From assembly GCA_934474225.1 (NCBI GenBank), contig CAKSLU010000001.1, positions 26,599-90,598 of the forward strand: a stretch of DNA of 64,000 bases. Reading direction: 5' to 3'. The DNA comes from an uncultured Eubacteriales bacterium (GTDB lineage Bacteria; Bacillota; Clostridia; Oscillospirales; CAG-272). This document shows, piece by piece, positions 26,289 to 38,754 of this stretch; within the stretch, counting starts at the first letter, position 1; each line of letters begins with the position of its first letter. A program made the position numbers and the translations under genes. The notes beneath the pieces were generated by a model. It was not told where the DNA came from, ran no database searches, and was given only the letters and a program-made list of their open reading frames with translations.

Positions 26289-28496
26289 ATGTATACTGAA
26301 TTCTACAAGGATCGCCCCTATATTCAAAATGAATATGAAGAAGCGGATTGGAACACTGCAAGCGGCCTTGAACCGCGCGTAATTGATCGGATGATTCGCG
26401 ATTTTGCCGCGGCAAATCCGAAAATGCCCGCGCCGCTGGTGATGGCGCACGGCTACAGACTGCTGCTGGAAAATGCACAGCTTTCGCTGAATGTGCACAC
26501 CATGTTCCCGGATAAACTGCGCCACGGCGGCGAATACAAGACGGTCGCGACGCAGAGCGTGCTGGAAACCTACAGCCGCGAGCGGTATGAGAACGCGCTG
26601 ATGCGCGGCTGCCCCGCCATCCGCTCGGAGCGGAATGTGCTGCGATTCTCCGGTGTTGCCGTGCCGGATACCGATGTATGGCACACCGTTGTGGACTGGA
26701 GTGAGGTGCTTCGCCTCGGCGCCCCCGGGCTGCTGCACCGCGCCGAAGAAGCAAAGCGCGCAAAGCAGGCGGACGGCACGCTCACGGACAGACAGTCTGT
26801 TTTTTATGATTCTGTCATTATCGCCTTTACCGCCATGCTGACCTACATGCGCCGTCTGCTTGCCGAGGCGGAGCGCGTCGGCTGCACACGCTATGCAGAA
26901 GCGCTGCAGAATTTGCTTGTCGCACCGCCAAAGACACTCTACGAAGTGCTCTGCCTGTCGCACATCATGCTGAATGCGGAGGAGCTGGGCAGAGAGCGCT
27001 GCCGCAGCTATGGCGCGGTTGACGAGCTGTATACGCCTTATTTCGTCGCCGACCTGGAGAGCGGCAGAGAGACCGAAGATTCCGTCCGTGAAATGTTCCG
27101 CTACTTCTGGCAGAAAGTCACCGCAGAGAAGCGCTATGCCGACCAGCCGATTTGCATCGGCAAGGCATGGACATCCGACGACTGCCCGGCAGCACGCCTG
27201 ACGGTGCTGATGCTGGAGGCGTACAAGGAACTGGACATTCACAACCCGAAGATTCACATCCGCTGCAAAAAGGACATGTCCGACAAGCTGCTCGGCATAC
27301 TCTGCGAAATGATTCGCGACGGCAATTCGTCGGTGGTGCTGCTGAATGACGAGACCATACTCACCGGCTATGAGCGCCTCGGCATTCCGCGCGAGATTGC
27401 AAAGGACTATATTCCGACCGGTTGCTACGAGCCGGTGATTCCGGGGCTTGAGGACGCGCGCATCTGCGCCTCCTGGATCAGCCTTGCCAAGGCGTGCGAA
27501 TATGCCATCACCGGCGGTCGCGACCTTCTGACGCATCTGTATGTCGGCATGCATACCGAGGAGCCGAAGACCTGGGATGAATTCTTAAGTACCTATTATG
27601 CATACCTCGCCGAGCACTGCGCCATGGTCATCAACAATGTCAATGAGCAAGCACGGTTTGCCTATGCGGCAAATCCGTCGCCGTACTATTCCGGCACGAT
27701 CGCGACCTGCATGGAGAGCGGCAAGGATGTGTTTGACGGCGGCATGACCTATCGCAACCAGTCCATCAAGTGCTTTGCCATTGCAACGGCGGTGGATTCG
27801 CTGCTGACGGTCAAGAAGTTTGTATTTGAGCGCCGCCGCGTGACCCTTGCGGAGCTGCGCACGATTCTGGAAAACAACTGGGCGGGCGCAGAAAACCTGC
27901 GCGCGGAGATTCTGCACGACCCCGTCAAATACGGCAACCACATTGCGGAGGCGGATGCCCTCGCGCACGACATTTACGATTTCTGCGCCGCGCAGATCGT
28001 CGGCAAACCGACCTCGACCGGCGGTGTGTTCCGCCTCGGCTGCGACTCGGTCAACATGGTTTCCGGCTACGGGATGCGGACCGGCGCAAGCGCGGACGGC
28101 CGCATGGCACGCGCGGAGTTGTCCAAGAACATGCGCCCCACCAACGGCATGGAAAAGCATGGTGTGACGGCGTTTATCCAGTCGGTCTGCGCCATTGACA
28201 ACTGCAATTTCACCGACGGCGCGCCGCTGGACTTCATCGTGCATCCTTCCGCCGTCGAGGGCGAAGCGGGGCTTGCCGCGATGAAAGCGCTGGTCCGCAC
28301 CTTCTTTGCGGGCGGCGGCTTTGCCATCCAGGGTAATGTCCTCAGTCTGGATACGCTGCGTGACGCGCAGGAGCACCCGGAGAAGTATCCGAACCTGCAG
28401 GTGCGCGTCTGCGGCTGGAACGAATACTTTGTCAATATGAGAAGAGAGGTGCAGGACGATTTCATCCGCCGCAGCGAAGGCATTGAAACCGCCTGA
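26289..28496 (+). CDS. glycyl radical enzyme (PFL2 / dehydratase-lyase-like)
   Basis: C-terminal glycyl-radical motif FAIQGNVLSLDTLRDAQEHPEKYPNLQVRVCGWNEYF (Gly codon 28413-28415). Cys-loop TGCYEP (Cys 27423-27425, Glu two residues later). ATG 26289 lies 7 nt after GGAGGA. Confidence 0.8.
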   Translation: MYTEFYKDRPYIQNEYEEADWNTASGLEPRVIDRMIRDFAAANPKMPAPLVMAHGYRLLLENAQLSLNVHTMFPDKLRHGGEYKTVATQSVLETYSRERYENALMRGCPAIRSERNVLRFSGVAVPDTDVWHTVVDWSEVLRLGAPGLLHRAEEAKRAKQADGTLTDRQSVFYDSVIIAFTAMLTYMRRLLAEAERVGCTRYAEALQNLLVAPPKTLYEVLCLSHIMLNAEELGRERCRSYGAVDELYTPYFVADLESGRETEDSVREMFRYFWQKVTAEKRYADQPICIGKAWTSDDCPAARLTVLMLEAYKELDIHNPKIHIRCKKDMSDKLLGILCEMIRDGNSSVVLLNDETILTGYERLGIPREIAKDYIPTGCYEPVIPGLEDARICASWISLAKACEYAITGGRDLLTHLYVGMHTEEPKTWDEFLSTYYAYLAEHCAMVINNVNEQARFAYAANPSPYYSGTIATCMESGKDVFDGGMTYRNQSIKCFAIATAVDSLLTVKKFVFERRRVTLAELRTILENNWAGAENLRAEILHDPVKYGNHIAEADALAHDIYDFCAAQIVGKPTSTGGVFRLGCDSVNMVSGYGMRTGASADGRMARAELSKNMRPTNGMEKHGVTAFIQSVCAIDNCNFTDGAPLDFIVHPSAVEGEAGLAAMKALVRTFFAGGGFAIQGNVLSLDTLRDAQEHPEKYPNLQVRVCGWNEYFVNMRREVQDDFIRRSEGIETA

Positions 28497-28513
28497 GAAA
28501 AAAGGAGAACCAT

Positions 28514-31500
28514 ATGAACCGAAGCAGGATGCAGAAATACCGCCGCCTCTTTCCCGTGATGCTGCTTGCCTTTGCGCTCATCTTTGCGCTTGCCGTGTGC
28601 GCCGCGGAAAAGACGGTTTACCTCGGCGCGTCGGATGCGGCGGAAGGCAACGGCAGCGAGGCTGCACCGTTTGCCTCCCTTGCCAAAGCGATTGAAGCTG
28701 TGCAGAGCGGCGGCAGAATCGTTGTCACCGAGACGTATACGGTGACCGAGCGGGATGCCGTCACCGCGGATATACCTCGATTTCTTTCGCCGACGCACGA
28801 AGGGAAGATTACCATCACTTCGCTCGACGGCAAGTTGGACTATCGGCGGGGCGGGGCGTGCATCTACTTCCCGGAGACCTATATCTATGAGTGCGGCGGT
28901 GATGTCCGCTTTGAAAATGTCACGCTGAAAAACGACGCCGCGCCCATTTACCTTGCAGGCAATTTTCACGCGCTGGAATTCGGCGAGGGCTTTGATGTCA
29001 AGAACACAAAGGGCGCTGCCAAGTACCTCTATGTCATCGGCGGCTACTATGCGCCGCGCAGCAAGGACTTTCCTGCAGACCGGGATGCACATATCACCAT
29101 CGACAACGGCAATTTCGCCCGCGTGATTGCCTTCGGCATGGGGAAGGGTGCGGGCACCTACACCTTCACCGGGACGGCGCACATCTACATCCGCGGCGGG
29201 CATATCGACCGCATCTACGGCGGCGCAACGCTGAACCATTATGCGGGCAGCCTTGATTTGCAGGTGCGCGACGGCAGCATCGGCGACATCTATACCTCCG
29301 GCGACGCCACGCGCCGCGCGCTCGGCAATGCGACGGTCGGGCTGTACGGTGGCACGATGCGCACGCTGTATATCAACAACATGCTCGGCAGTACCGAGGT
29401 GACGCTGGACGGCATCAAGCTGAACGGCATACAGGTGACCTTCGGCAGCGAGCAGATTCAGAATCTTGCACACGGCAAGCCGATTCGGCTGCGGTATAAC
29501 TCGCTGCTTTACACGGCGGACTTCGTCGGTGCGGTGGAGGGTATCACTTCTGCCGAACGCTTCGGCGTGCTGTATGTCTCTGCCGACGGGCGCGGCGACG
29601 GCAGCCGGGAGAATCCACTCGGCAGCCTTGCCGATGCCGTCCGACAGTTGGCGGACGGCGGCGGTGACATTGTGCTTGTCGGGGATTATACGGCGGCGGA
29701 TTTTACCGAGCCGACGCATGCACAGCCGATTACCTATCGCGGCGATAGCCTGCTCCTTTCGGGCACATTCACGGCGGGCGGGGATGTCACTTTCGATGCC
29801 ATCACGCTCGGCGGCAGCGGCACGCTTGCGTGCGGCGCGCATAAAGCCATGTTCACCGATGCGTGTGTGACGGACGGCACATTCGCTCTCACGGGCGATG
29901 ACCTTGCCGTGTCCGGCAGCAGTTTTACGTCGGTGCGCGGCAGTAAACTCACATGGGCGGGCGGCGCAACGAAAACCGTCACACTGTCGGACGACGCATC
30001 GCTTGTGCAAAGCGGCGGCAGAATCGCCTCGCTGACGCTGACCGGCAACAGCGCGGCTGCAGAGCTGCTCGGCGGCAGCGTGGAAACGATGATTGTCAAA
30101 GATGTTGCGGACAGTTTTCGTCTGACTCTCGGCGGCGGCAGCATAACGGCGCTGACCGTTATGGGCTGTGGGCAAGCCGAGCTTGTGGCATTGCCTGTGG
30201 CGGACGCGGCGCTCGTCGCGCGGCTGTCGCCCGCGTTCTCGGAGGCGGCGACGCAGACGGCGGCATTTGTCCGCGACGGCGGCACCGGCAACGGTTCGTC
30301 ACCGGAGAACGCCGCGCCGACGCTGGCAGACGCTTATGCCATGCTCCCGGATGGTGGCACCATTGTATTGTGCGGCAAGGTGAGCGTGACCGAGAATACC
30401 GCCATGCCGACATCAAACAAGGCGTATACGCTGACCGGCGTGTACGGCGGCGTGGATTACCGCACCTCCGGCGCGGTGCTCTCGCTTGCCGGCAATGTCG
30501 GCTTTTACGCGCCGACTACGCTGGAAAAGCTGAACATCCGCGCGGAGAAAAGCCCGACCTGGATTTCCTTCAACGGAAGCACGGCGCGTATCGGCAAAGA
30601 GGTCGCCTGTGACCTTGCGCCGAATGCGACCACTTATCCGTCCCTTGTCGGCGGCACGCGCAGAAGCAATTTTGCAATTTCCGGCGCGAACCTGACCGTG
30701 GAGAGCGGCAGCTGGTACCAGGTGTACGGCGCAAACACTGCGGCGGCGGACTTCCCGAATCTGCAGACGACGCTGACGATTACGGGCGGCGACTTCTACA
30801 GCCGCGTCTGCGCGATGGGCGCAGGCAATCAGACCGGCGAGGGCGGCCTCACCGTGCGCGGCGGCAATTTCTACGGCGGCGTGTATGGGCTGGCGTCGCT
30901 TGCCACCGAGACCTTTGACGGCAAAATCCGCATCAACCTGGCGGGCGGCAATTTCTACGGCAAGATTCGCGTTGCCACACGGTATGAGACCACCGTGGAC
31001 GGCAACTTTGATTTGACGGTTTCGGGCGGCGACTACTCGCATGTGACCGATGTGGTCGGCGGCAGCCGGTTCCGCGGCAATGTTGCCTCCACGCTGACCG
31101 CCGCAGACGATACGCTGCTCACGCAGGCGGTAAGCGGCAGTTTCACCTATCAGAACCCCATCCGCAAGACGGCTGACCCGCGTATTGCGCTGGTGGACGG
31201 CATGTATTTCTATATGTTCACCTCCGGCTCTACGCTCAGCATGTACAAGGCGGCAAATGTCGCCGACCTTGCCTATGCGGTAGGGGAGCAGATTTTCGAT
31301 GCGCGCACGGCATCTGACGCGATGGAGACGCGCACGGCATGCATCTGGCCTTCCGAACTGCAATATTTTTCCGCAGAGGAATTCGGCGCGGAAAATGCGG
31401 GCTGGTATCTGTTCTTCTCCACCTTCAGCCGGGAACTGGACGGTCTGCCGTCCACGGCAACCGACGGGCAAAGCCGCCGCAGCTATGTGCTGAAATGCAC

Positions 31501-32638
31501 CTCAAACGACCTGCAGGGCACCTGGGTCAACCCGATTACCGGCGAGGTCGGCGTCCCCGCACGCTTTACGAGCGACACCGAGGACTTTGTCAACACGGTT
31601 GACTGGTGCGCCGGAGAGTCCACGCTGCGTTACGGCGGCAAAACTTATGCGCTCTGGATTGAGCAGCGCGGGCGCGGCACGGCGGACTTTCGCCAGGTGA
31701 TGTATCTCTCCGAGATGAAGAACCCCTGGACCGTGACCGGCAAGGTGCTTGAACTTGTCGCGCCGGAATACGACTGGGAGCGCGAGGGCTACGGCTATGC
31801 CGAGGCGGAGGGGAAGTGGTACCCCGCCGTTATCGAGGGGGCAACGCCGATTGTCGGCGACAACGGTGAACTGCATGTCCTTTACGCATGCAGCGGCTAT
31901 TGGACGACCGGGTATAAACTTGGGCAGATGACCTATCTCGGCGGCGACCTGCTGGCGAAGGAAAACTGGAAGAAGTCGCCGCAATCTGTCTTCTCCAAAA
32001 ACGATGAAGTGTGCGGCGTCGGCGGCCCTTCGATCTTCACATCGCCAAGCGGCAAGATGCGCTGCATCCTGTATCACGGCTACCTCGGCAAAGATACGTC
32101 AAGCGGGCGCTACTGCTTCATGGAGCCGTATACCGTGGATGCGGACGGCGTGCACATCGGCAAGGACGGGCATCCGTCCCCGCTGACGACCACATTTACC
32201 GTGCCGCTGAACACCATGCCGCTCGGCGCAAAGGTTTGCGGATTTGACAACCTCGGCATGACGCGCGTCAAGCTGAAAATCGGCAGTCATACCGGCAGCG
32301 TCAACGAAGCGGAGGCGCAGCTGGACGCAGCGCCGGTCATCCGCAACAACCGCACCATGCTGCCTGCGCGCTTTGTGGCGGAATCCTTCGGTGCTGAGGT
32401 CACCTGGGACGGCGCGACAAGCACGGCGAAGTTTGTCGCAAAAGACGGGACGGTCATATCCATCCGCATCGGTGCGGCACAGGCTGTCGTCAGCGGCAAA
32501 ACCGTCGCGCTCGACACCCCTGCCTACATTGATGCCGCAAGCGGCAGAACCTATCTGCCCGTGCGGTTCCTCGCCGAGTCGCTCGGCGCGTTTGTCGTGT
32601 GGAACGGCGAGACCTCTACGGCATATCTGATTCGATAA
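28514..32638 (+). CDS. secreted multidomain wall protein: repeated beta-helix-like modules + GH43-like propeller + Cu-amine-oxidase-N-like wall-binding domain
   Basis: Signal peptide (LLAFALIFALAVCAAE). About 850 aa of G-rich strand repeats (GGNFYGGVYG...). ADPRIALVDGMYFYMF...WYLFFS...YALWIE... propeller motifs. C-terminal LPARFVAESFGAEVTWD ... YLPVRFLAESLGAFVVWN tandem stalk repeats. It starts 17 nt after the GRE stop, with a GGAGAA SD. Confidence 0.8.
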   Translation: MNRSRMQKYRRLFPVMLLAFALIFALAVCAAEKTVYLGASDAAEGNGSEAAPFASLAKAIEAVQSGGRIVVTETYTVTERDAVTADIPRFLSPTHEGKITITSLDGKLDYRRGGACIYFPETYIYECGGDVRFENVTLKNDAAPIYLAGNFHALEFGEGFDVKNTKGAAKYLYVIGGYYAPRSKDFPADRDAHITIDNGNFARVIAFGMGKGAGTYTFTGTAHIYIRGGHIDRIYGGATLNHYAGSLDLQVRDGSIGDIYTSGDATRRALGNATVGLYGGTMRTLYINNMLGSTEVTLDGIKLNGIQVTFGSEQIQNLAHGKPIRLRYNSLLYTADFVGAVEGITSAERFGVLYVSADGRGDGSRENPLGSLADAVRQLADGGGDIVLVGDYTAADFTEPTHAQPITYRGDSLLLSGTFTAGGDVTFDAITLGGSGTLACGAHKAMFTDACVTDGTFALTGDDLAVSGSSFTSVRGSKLTWAGGATKTVTLSDDASLVQSGGRIASLTLTGNSAAAELLGGSVETMIVKDVADSFRLTLGGGSITALTVMGCGQAELVALPVADAALVARLSPAFSEAATQTAAFVRDGGTGNGSSPENAAPTLADAYAMLPDGGTIVLCGKVSVTENTAMPTSNKAYTLTGVYGGVDYRTSGAVLSLAGNVGFYAPTTLEKLNIRAEKSPTWISFNGSTARIGKEVACDLAPNATTYPSLVGGTRRSNFAISGANLTVESGSWYQVYGANTAAADFPNLQTTLTITGGDFYSRVCAMGAGNQTGEGGLTVRGGNFYGGVYGLASLATETFDGKIRINLAGGNFYGKIRVATRYETTVDGNFDLTVSGGDYSHVTDVVGGSRFRGNVASTLTAADDTLLTQAVSGSFTYQNPIRKTADPRIALVDGMYFYMFTSGSTLSMYKAANVADLAYAVGEQIFDARTASDAMETRTACIWPSELQYFSAEEFGAENAGWYLFFSTFSRELDGLPSTATDGQSRRSYVLKCTSNDLQGTWVNPITGEVGVPARFTSDTEDFVNTVDWCAGESTLRYGGKTYALWIEQRGRGTADFRQVMYLSEMKNPWTVTGKVLELVAPEYDWEREGYGYAEAEGKWYPAVIEGATPIVGDNGELHVLYACSGYWTTGYKLGQMTYLGGDLLAKENWKKSPQSVFSKNDEVCGVGGPSIFTSPSGKMRCILYHGYLGKDTSSGRYCFMEPYTVDADGVHIGKDGHPSPLTTTFTVPLNTMPLGAKVCGFDNLGMTRVKLKIGSHTGSVNEAEAQLDAAPVIRNNRTMLPARFVAESFGAEVTWDGATSTAKFVAKDGTVISIRIGAAQAVVSGKTVALDTPAYIDAASGRTYLPVRFLAESLGAFVVWNGETSTAYLIR

Positions 32639-32640
32639 GC

Positions 32641-32681
32641 AAAAAAAAGAATTCCCTTGCATGCAAGGGAATTCTTTTTTT
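32641..32681. terminator. bidirectional intrinsic terminator (26-bp perfect palindrome)
   Basis: A8 GAATTCCCTTGC at GCAAGGGAATTC T7, between convergent genes. Confidence 0.85.
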
Positions 32682-32683
32682 CG

Positions 32684-34312
<1,629 letters not shown>

Positions 34313-34339
34313 CTATATACATTTTTATTCTTAACTCAT

Positions 34340-34924
34340 TTACTGGTCGTAGGTGCGGATGATATGCTCGGCGACCTCACGGCGGGACAGCCGTGTGTCC
34401 ATCGCCTGCTTTTCGATGTAATAATGCGCATCCTGCTCGGTCATGGAAAGGTGCTCGATCAGCAGCCACTTTGCGCGGTTGACCACGCGGATGTCCTCCA
34501 TCTTTTCCTTCAGCGTGCGGTTCTGCTTTTCCATCTTGGCAAGGCGCGCATGCGTGGCGACCAGCAGTTTTATCGCGATGCAGAAGGTCTGGCGGTTTAC
34601 TGGGCGCGGCAGGGTGAGCACGCCGCTGTCCTCCAGCCGATAGGCGACCTGCTCATACAACTCGCCCTTGCACAAGGCGAGCACGCCGCAGGTGCCCGCG
34701 GCACAGTCGAGTGCAAACTCCGTGCCGAATTCGTCCGGCAGAGGCGTATTGATGATGACGATATCGTAGTCGGTGCTGAGCAGCAGCCGTTTGGCTTCGC
34801 CCGCGCTTGCCACATGCGTGACCGGATCGTATTCGCCGGACGGCAGCAGCTCCCGGATGTAGTCATACGCCTGCGTTCCGGCGGAGACGACCAGCACCCG
34901 ACAGAGCGGTTTGGGTGTCGTCAT
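34340..34924 (-). CDS. ANTAR-domain RNA-binding regulator with atypical (pseudo-)receiver domain
   Basis: C-terminal ANTAR pattern (DIRVVNRAKWLLIEHLSMTEQDAHYYIEKQAMDTRLSRREVAEHII). The N-terminal CheY-like fold has VLVVSAGT in place of the acidic pair and IVIINTPLP in place of the phospho-acceptor Asp. Confidence 0.8.
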   Translation of the reverse strand: MTTPKPLCRVLVVSAGTQAYDYIRELLPSGEYDPVTHVASAGEAKRLLLSTDYDIVIINTPLPDEFGTEFALDCAAGTCGVLALCKGELYEQVAYRLEDSGVLTLPRPVNRQTFCIAIKLLVATHARLAKMEKQNRTLKEKMEDIRVVNRAKWLLIEHLSMTEQDAHYYIEKQAMDTRLSRREVAEHIIRTYDQ

Positions 34925-34930
34925 GGCGGC

Positions 34931-36148
34931 TTACCTCCGCGCGTCGGTCAGAAACGCGGCGGCGTCCTCGCCAAGCACGCGGCGCACGAGCGCGCTGCCG
35001 CTTGCCAGCGAAACAGCCTCGGCGAGGCTGCCCGGCAGCGTGTCAAATTCGCGCGTCTCACTCTCGGGCGCGGTCAGCAGATTGAGATTGACCGCAGGCG
35101 CGGGGCACATGTCCTTTTCAATGCCGTCAAGCCCCGCCCGGATGAGCAGCGCATAGGCAAGATAAGGGTTGGCGGACGGGTCTGGCGAGCGCAGCTCAAT
35201 GCGGCGGTATTCGCCCTTTGCCGCCGGAATGCGAATCAGCTGTGAGCGGTTTTCATGCGACCAGGTGACAAACTTCGGTGCTTTGCATTTGCCGAAGCGG
35301 CTGTAGGACGCCTCACTCGGATTGAGAAAGGCTGTGATGTCGCGGATGTGCGCGAGGATACCTGCCATGAAGGCGGGGGTGCGGTCGGTACCGTCGTCGC
35401 ATTTCACCGACATGTTGATGTGCAGTCCGTTGCCGCTCTCGTTTTCCAGCGGCTTCGGCGAGAAGTCGGCATACAGACCGTTTTGCGTTGCAGTTGCCTT
35501 GACCACCGTGATGAAGTTCATCGCATCGTCGGCGGCGCGCATCGCGTCGCTGTAGCGGAAGTCAATCTCGTTTTGCCCTGGCCCCTCCTCGTGATGTGAG
35601 CTTTCGGGCTGAATGCCCATGTCCAGCAGGGTGAGGCAAATTTCGCGGCGCACATTCTCGCCCTTGTCCTCGGGCGCGACATCCATGTAGGTTGCATGGT
35701 CAAACGGAATCTTGGTCGGGTCGCCGTTTTCATCCGTTTTGAAGAGGTAAAACTCGATTTCCGCGCCGAACTGCACCGTTACGCCCGCAGCTTTCGCATC
35801 GGCAACGGCGCGGCGCAGAATGGCGCGCGTGTCGCGCGCAAACGGCGTGCCGTCCGGGTGACGGATGTCGCAGAACATGCGCACGACCTTGCCGTGCGAA
35901 GGACGCCAGGGCAGCACATTCAGCGTGGATGGGTCGGGAAACAGCAGAAGGTCGGACTTTTCTGCACTGCCGAAGCCGCAGATGGCAGAGGCATCAAACG
36001 AAATGCCGTCCTCAAACGCGCGGCGCAGTTCACTCGGCAGAATGGAGATGTTCTTCTGTCTGCCGTGCGTGTCGCAAAAGGCAAGGCGGATGAACTTGAC
36101 ATCCTCTTCTTTCACAAAGTCGAATACCTCTTGTGCCGTGTACATCAT
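34931..36148 (-). CDS. glnA: glutamine synthetase (short type I-like, 405 aa)
   Basis: FIRLAFCDTHGRQK, FGAEIEFYLF, SSHHEEGPGQNEIDF, SGNGLHINMS, NRSQLIRIP, RIELRSPD motifs of GS. GGAGGG SD. Confidence 0.9.
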   Translation of the reverse strand: MMYTAQEVFDFVKEEDVKFIRLAFCDTHGRQKNISILPSELRRAFEDGISFDASAICGFGSAEKSDLLLFPDPSTLNVLPWRPSHGKVVRMFCDIRHPDGTPFARDTRAILRRAVADAKAAGVTVQFGAEIEFYLFKTDENGDPTKIPFDHATYMDVAPEDKGENVRREICLTLLDMGIQPESSHHEEGPGQNEIDFRYSDAMRAADDAMNFITVVKATATQNGLYADFSPKPLENESGNGLHINMSVKCDDGTDRTPAFMAGILAHIRDITAFLNPSEASYSRFGKCKAPKFVTWSHENRSQLIRIPAAKGEYRRIELRSPDPSANPYLAYALLIRAGLDGIEKDMCPAPAVNLNLLTAPESETREFDTLPGSLAEAVSLASGSALVRRVLGEDAAAFLTDARR

Positions 36149-36173
36149 ACCGTTTCCCTCCGCGCATTTTTAT

Positions 36174-36230
36174 AAAAAGAGAGAAGGATGCCGGCTACAA
36201 GGGCAGCGCCCCAAGGTAGCAAACATCCTT
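36174..36230 (-). terminator. leader (attenuator) terminator upstream of glnA
   Basis: Minus strand: AAGGATG...GCTAC...GGG gcgctg CCC...GTAGC...CATCCTT followed by CTCTCTTTTT. It lies between the glnA promoter and the glnA SD. Confidence 0.55.
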
Positions 36231-36236
36231 GTTTAC
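36219..36236 (-). promoter_or_regulatory. hexaloop hairpin (loop AAGGAT) overlapping the glnA leader terminator; candidate ANTAR target
   Basis: Minus strand: GTAAAC AAGGAT GTTTGC. Loop position 1 is A and position 4 is G. The loop and 3' arm form the 5' arm of the terminator. Confidence 0.45.
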
Positions 36237-36242
36237 CTTAAA

Positions 36243-36271
36243 AGTATACAACGTACCGCCGCGCTTGTCAA
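36243..36271 (-). promoter_or_regulatory. sigma-70-type promoter for glnA
   Basis: Minus strand: TTGACA (36271-36266), 17-nt spacer, TATACT (36248-36243). Confidence 0.6.
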
Positions 36272-36422
36272 TAAAAAAGTTTCAAAAAAAGACATGTTTT
36301 TTCATACGCTGCGCTGCTTGAAAAATGGCGGTTTTTCATCGTCGCTTTGCAGCGAAACGCGCGCTTTTTACCTCGCTGTATCGTGCAGATTTCACAGAGC
36401 GAAAATTTTTTTCAAAAAATGC

Positions 36423-36451
36423 TTGACAAGCCTTTTTTTCGGTGCTATAAT
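36423..36451 (+). promoter_or_regulatory. sigma-70-type promoter for the glnN-amt-asnB unit
   Basis: TTGACA (36423-36428), 17-nt spacer, TGnTATAAT (36443-36451). Confidence 0.65.
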
Positions 36452-36463
36452 CTCACCCATAAA

Positions 36464-36479
36464 GCGACAAGGGAGCCGC
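36464..36479 (+). promoter_or_regulatory. hexaloop hairpin (loop AAGGGA) overlapping the leader terminator; candidate ANTAR target
   Basis: GCGAC AAGGGA GCCGC, with one A-C mismatch. The 3' arm is shared with the terminator 5' arm. Confidence 0.45.
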
Positions 36480-36515
36480 GGACGAAGTTTTTTCGTCTGC
36501 GGTTTTCTCATTTTT
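36476..36515 (+). terminator. leader (attenuator) terminator upstream of type III GS
   Basis: CCGCGGACGAA gtttt TTCGTCTGCGG (11 bp, one G-U pair) followed by TTTTCTCATTTTT. It lies 100 nt upstream of the glnN start. Confidence 0.65.
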
Positions 36516-36526
36516 ATGTCACATAC

Positions 36527-36546
36527 GGGCGACAAGGAGGTCGCCC
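36527..36546 (+). promoter_or_regulatory. second hexaloop hairpin (loop AAGGAG) overlapping a downstream CCCGGG-closed stem
   Basis: GGGCGAC AAGGAG GTCGCCC, a perfect 7-bp stem. The 3' arm overlaps stem 36544-36576 (CCCGGG..CGGCG..CGCCG CCCGGG). Confidence 0.45.
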
Positions 36547-36615
36547 GGGCATCGGCGTTTTATGCCGCCGCCCGGGTCTCCCTGCCGCTCAATTTTTATT
36601 TTAAGGAGAAAGAAC

Positions 36616-38709
<2,094 letters not shown>

Positions 38710-38754
38710 ACGGACAGCGCGAGAATTTATAACTTTAAGAAAGAAGATGACGAT

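Noticed and set aside
32648-32675. 26-bp perfect palindrome containing EcoRI and SphI sites (possible engineered or cloning scar)
   Set aside because: It is flanked by A8 and T7 between convergent genes. That matches the other bidirectional terminators in the window (20727, 25260, 42363, 50048), so it is an ordinary terminator.
36149-36615. Glutamine riboswitch (glnA RNA motif) or GlnR/TnrA boxes in the GS intergenic region
   Set aside because: I could not find the E-loop/pseudoknot core of the glnA motif. I also found no TGTNA-N7-TNACA site. The nearest candidate, TGTCA ATAAAAA AGTTT, fails the second half-site.
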